A stretch of DNA of 64,000 bases from Azolla caroliniana. Lineage: Eukaryota > Plantae > Polypodiophyta. Each line of letters opens with the position of its first letter. The first letter of the stretch is position 1. Under the pieces are notes generated by a model. That model searched no databases, was not told the origin of the DNA, and saw only the letters and a program-made list of their open reading frames with translations. The stretch spans positions 21,080,001 to 21,144,000 of the forward strand of contig JBHGNT010000006.1 in the NCBI GenBank assembly GCA_043228905.1. The letters are read 5' to 3'. The translations under genes were made by a program, and so were the position numbers. This document shows positions 63,452 to 64,000 of the stretch, one piece after another.

Positions 63452-64000
63452 TGTCGTGCCTTTCAGCGTCAGATCGTTACGTGAGTCGGGTGGGAACCGC
63501 TGGGGTTTTGGACTAGGAGAAAGAAGAATATGAGATAAGGCTCCTTATGAATGGATTGCAAGAAAGAGATATATTTGAAGGAAGATATGAAACTCGTGAA
63601 TCCCACGAGTATAGTGTATTAATTGATACTTAGAATGTAAGAGAGAAATAGATGGCAAAATCATGAATCCTTATCTTATTCAAACCTTATAAAAAAATCA
63701 ACCACCTATACATCTTTCTCTCTTCCTTATATAGTGTTGGAAGAGTCTAAGTTTATCACATGCAAGCATCATGCTTTTCCTAACTTTAGTTTTCATGCAC
63801 ACTGCATGTGCATGATTAGCTTTCTATCCCATCTTTTCTTTTAACTCGAGTGTGTATGCATGAATAACTTTTTGTACCATGCATATCTAGAATATTTACA
63901 TGGGATAAAGTTTAGTATAACTTTAAAATTCATAATATGCTAGTATAGTGGTAAGGCTTAAAAATCATTAACATGGAGGTACAAGGTTCGAATCCTGCCT
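63452..64000 (-). mobile_element. LTR J (minus orientation) interrupting Copia G; runs off the window
   Basis: Starts TGTCGTG at the break in the host ORF. Reverse TATA at ~63727-63734. U5 motif shared with K and L. Confidence 0.7.
63941..64000 (+). other. tRNA-like A/B-box cassette in U3 of LTR J (antisense)
   Basis: TAGTATAGTGGTAAG (63941) ... GGTTCGAATCC (63985), a perfect B box with 44-nt spacing. Confidence 0.7.

Overview
Eukaryotic, TE-dense plant genomic DNA. The mix of Tcn1/Tf1-like chromoviruses, an RTEX-like LINE and a bryophyte-type RSL motif suggests a non-seed land plant (inference). One host gene is supported: a five-exon class I RSL (RHD6/RSL1-type, bHLH VIIIc) transcription factor at 34643-38482 (+), whose bHLH exons are missed by the ORF track. 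It sits in an AT-rich island between two piles of nested, mostly decayed retroelements. Left pile (1-21.9 kb): Copia A > chromovirus Gypsy C > Copia B, then an RTEX-like LINE broken by a large LTR, a very young non-autonomous gag-only LTR element and a truncated Copia. An L1 copy lies at 24.5-27.2 kb. Right pile (45.9-64 kb): Copia F > Copia E > solo LTR H > chromovirus Gypsy I > solo LTR K, plus a non-autonomous chromodomain-tailed element, Copia G and LTR J. The most notable structures are: (1) tRNA-like A-box/B-box cassettes with 44-nt spacing, antisense in the U3 of three different LTR families; (2) Tf1-type self-priming PBSs in three elements, each with a hairpin over the predicted transcription start; (3) a near-identical-LTR element with one long gag ORF fused to RT vestiges; (4) a fixed-spacing motif shared by unrelated elements. 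Coordinates were counted by hand and may be off by a few bases.
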